This document shows positions 61,634 to 64,000 of a DNA stretch of 64,000 nt, piece by piece. The DNA comes from Oxynema aestuarii AP17 (GTDB taxonomy: Bacteria; Cyanobacteriota; Cyanobacteriia; Cyanobacteriales; Laspinemataceae). The position numbers and the translations under genes were made by a program. The notes under the pieces were generated by a model, which did no database searches, was not told where the DNA came from, and worked only from the letters and a program-made list of their open reading frames with translations. Location: contig NZ_CP051167.1 in NCBI RefSeq assembly GCF_012295525.1, forward strand, positions 5,621,299 to 5,685,298. The letters run 5' to 3'. The stretch's first letter is position 1, and every line of letters begins with the position of its first letter.

Positions 61634-62265
61634 TCGCGATCGCGTACCGAGGGCGAACCAACGCCCTCGATTTTGATGGTTTCTAGAATAAGAGACAACG
61701 GCCACATCAAGGCCATCAGAGTTATTCAAAAACCGAATGCGATCTCGGACATGCCGTAAACAGCAGGGCGATCGCCAGAATTACCGAAGAGTTAACCCCA
61801 ATTGAGATCTAGCGGTTCTTACTCGTGAACATATCCAATTCAACAACACGAGAGTATCGGCGAGTCAATGGAGAATGGCTATAAATGTTGACAAGCTCGA
61901 TGTTGCCAATATCGAGCTTGTCAGCATTGGTTTTGGCCAGTTAATGGCTATTTTTGACAAGGGGCTGGCTTTTGTGAAAGGTCACACCCTACTCCGTTGA
62001 GAGTGTAGCAACAACCCGCAAGAACCAACGTTCTCGATCCACAGCATTTCAACGGCTTGGTTAGGCGTAGATTTCCGTCCTGACAACGGGATCTTGAGCT
62101 ACTCTAGTAAATCCTTGACTGGCATTCATCCCCACCTTGCAATCAAGGTGGAGTATTGGAACTGACATTCTTGATAAATAAAATTTATTTGAATATTGAT
62201 TGTTTTCGTAGTGAATTGAATCGATAGATCTTAGAGAACGGCCCTGGAGAACGGCCACATCGATC

Positions 62266-62334
62266 TTAAAATCTAAAATCTAAACTCTAAAATCTAAACT
62301 CTAAAATCTAAACTCTAAAATCTGAAATCTAAAC
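62266..62334. repeat. STRR-like heptanucleotide tandem array (about 10 units of AAAATCT/AAACTCT).
   Basis: Read directly. Shorter arrays of the same heptamer lie at 38115-38140, 41848-41865, 57468-57493 and 60590-60630. Confidence 0.8.
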
Positions 62335-62400
62335 GTCCTGCCTGAAACCGTGGGAAGCAGGCGAAAATCTATAATAAAATCTAAAACTTTAGGTTAAAGC

Positions 62401-64000
62401 TATGAAACCTTGGAATATATCGATCGCGCTGCTGACGCTGCTGATGGCGATCGCTTCCCCGACCATTGCGGAAGTTCCCGCCCGTTCCAAGCCAATTTTA
62501 ACCCAGAGAGACGGGGAAGACACCCGACCCATCGAACCGACCAGTCCCAGGGAAGAAAGCACCGAAGTCGAACCCCCACCAGAAAACGAAGCCGAAACCA
62601 CAGAAGAAACGGAAGAATCGGCAGAAGATGCCGAAAAAGAAGCTGAAAAAGCCGCCAGACGCGAACGATTGGAAATTCTCGCCGAGGGCGATCGCCTCTA
62701 CCAAGCCGGAGACATTGCCGGGGCCGAAGCCTTATACCAACAAGTCAAACCGCCCTTTTCTAGCGAAGGAAATGCCCGAGGCATCGCCAGCTTGCCAGAC
62801 GCGACCGCCGACCCGACCCAGTTATCGCCAAAAGGGGGCGTTTACTGGCGCGAAGCACAAGCGGGATGGGAACAAAAACTCGAAACGCGCATTTTCGTTC
62901 CCCTAGAATTTTTAGTCGAAGAAGACCCCGAATTTATTCCCGGACACTTACTGTTAGCCGAAGCTTATACCCATTACGAACAACCGGAAAAAGCCGTCGA
63001 AGTTTTAGAACGGGCGACCACGTTTTATCCAAATAATCCCGAACTGTTGCGGGCAAAAATAGAAGTTTTAGGCAATACCGAACAATGGCTGGAAGCTTCG
63101 ATCGCCGCGCGCCAATTTGCCCTCCTCAATCCCGACCATCCCGACGCCGAAGAATTCACCCGCTTAGCCGACGAGAACTTTGATAAATTCCGTTCTCACG
63201 TTCGCAAGCAACTCGCCGGAAATGCGATCGGTAACGTCTTGACCGGGGCGTTTAGCGTCGTTTTGACAGGCAATCCATTAGGCGCGCTTTCCGCCGTAGA
63301 AACCTTAATTTTACTCGCCCGGGGAGAATCGGCGATCGGCAATAGTATCGCCAACCAAGCCAAAGAAAATCTCGAATTGATTGAAGACGAGCAAGTTGTT
63401 AACTATATCGAAGATTTGGGACAAAAACTCGCAAAACTAAGCGGTCGCGATGATTTTGAATACGAGTTTTACGTCATAAAAGATAAAAATCTCAATGCCT
63501 TTGCCCTTCCTGGCGGCAAAGTTTTTGTGAATGCCGGAGCCATTTTACACACCGATTCCGAAGCCGAACTCGCCGGATTGTTGACCCACGAACTCGCCCA
63601 CGCCGTCTTATCCCATGGCTTCCAAATGGTGACTCACGGGAACCTTTTAAGTAATATGTTTCGTCATTTGCCTTTTGGCGGAACCGTTGCCAATTTATTA
63701 GTATTGGACTACAGCCGCGATATGGAAGTTCAAGCGGATGTTTTAGGAACCCGGTTGCTGACTTCGGCAGGTTATGCGGCGGACGGACTGCGAAATTTGA
63801 TGGTAGAACTGCGCGAACAATATGGTGAGGGAAGTTCATTTTTACGATTTATGTCTTCTCACCCGTTAACCCAAGATCGAATCGATTATCTAGAAAGTTT
63901 AATCGAAAATGGCGGTTATAATCGTTTTGCGTATGAAGGGGTGGAACGACATCAAGAAATTAGGCAGCGTGTCGCCGAATTGATGAAAGACGAACTCGAT
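62401..64000 (+). CDS. Partial CDS that runs off the window: M48-family zinc metalloprotease with TPR-like repeats (BepA/YfgC-like) and a signal peptide.
   Basis: My translation found no stop before the window end. It has a signal peptide MKPWNISIALLTLLMAIASP and the HExxH motif HELAHAVLSHG. The ORF track does not list it because it lacks a stop. Confidence 0.7.

Overview
This is cyanobacterial-type DNA. The octamer GCGATCGC (HIP1) recurs throughout, and there are STRR-like heptanucleotide tandem repeats (AAAATCT/AAACTCT) beside several gene starts. The window holds about 35 genes and no rRNA or tRNA that I could identify.

The left 17 kb, all on the minus strand, is a locus of giant repetitive cell-surface protein gene(s). 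The domains I recognise are DUF4114, cadherin/He_PIG-like Ig repeats, SdrD-B-like, DUF642, Big_2, IPT-like and beta-propeller-like regions, and an acidic Ser/Thr/Glu linker. This locus is broken up by three 100 % identical copies of an IS630/Tc1-mariner-family insertion sequence (1122 bp, TA target duplication, about 15-bp imperfect terminal inverted repeats), by one 101-bp MITE carrying the same terminal repeats, and by at least two apparent frameshifts. Removing IS copy 1, and separately the IS copy 2 + MITE pair, rejoins the flanking ORFs exactly in frame, with a DUF642 domain restored across the second junction.

From about 17.1 to 27.6 kb the region looks mobile or plasmid-derived. It contains the third IS copy, iteron-like direct repeats, and a 46-bp tandem duplication. 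It also encodes a 1.6-k aa fusion protein (unknown N-domain + TPR + orphan P-loop + DUF3854/Toprim primase + SF3-like helicase) and an ORC/Cdc6-like AAA ATPase.

The right half is largely housekeeping: TenA, B12-radical SAM, an OmpR-type regulator, Grx/BolA, an S8 protease, PlsC, TadA, MscS, CbiA, a multicopper oxidase, a transglutaminase/DUF2126 protein and an M48 protease. Embedded in it are a TpsB–CHAT secretion pair, a Met-rich zinc-ribbon protein next to the multicopper oxidase, and a 3-copy MITE-like dispersed repeat family.
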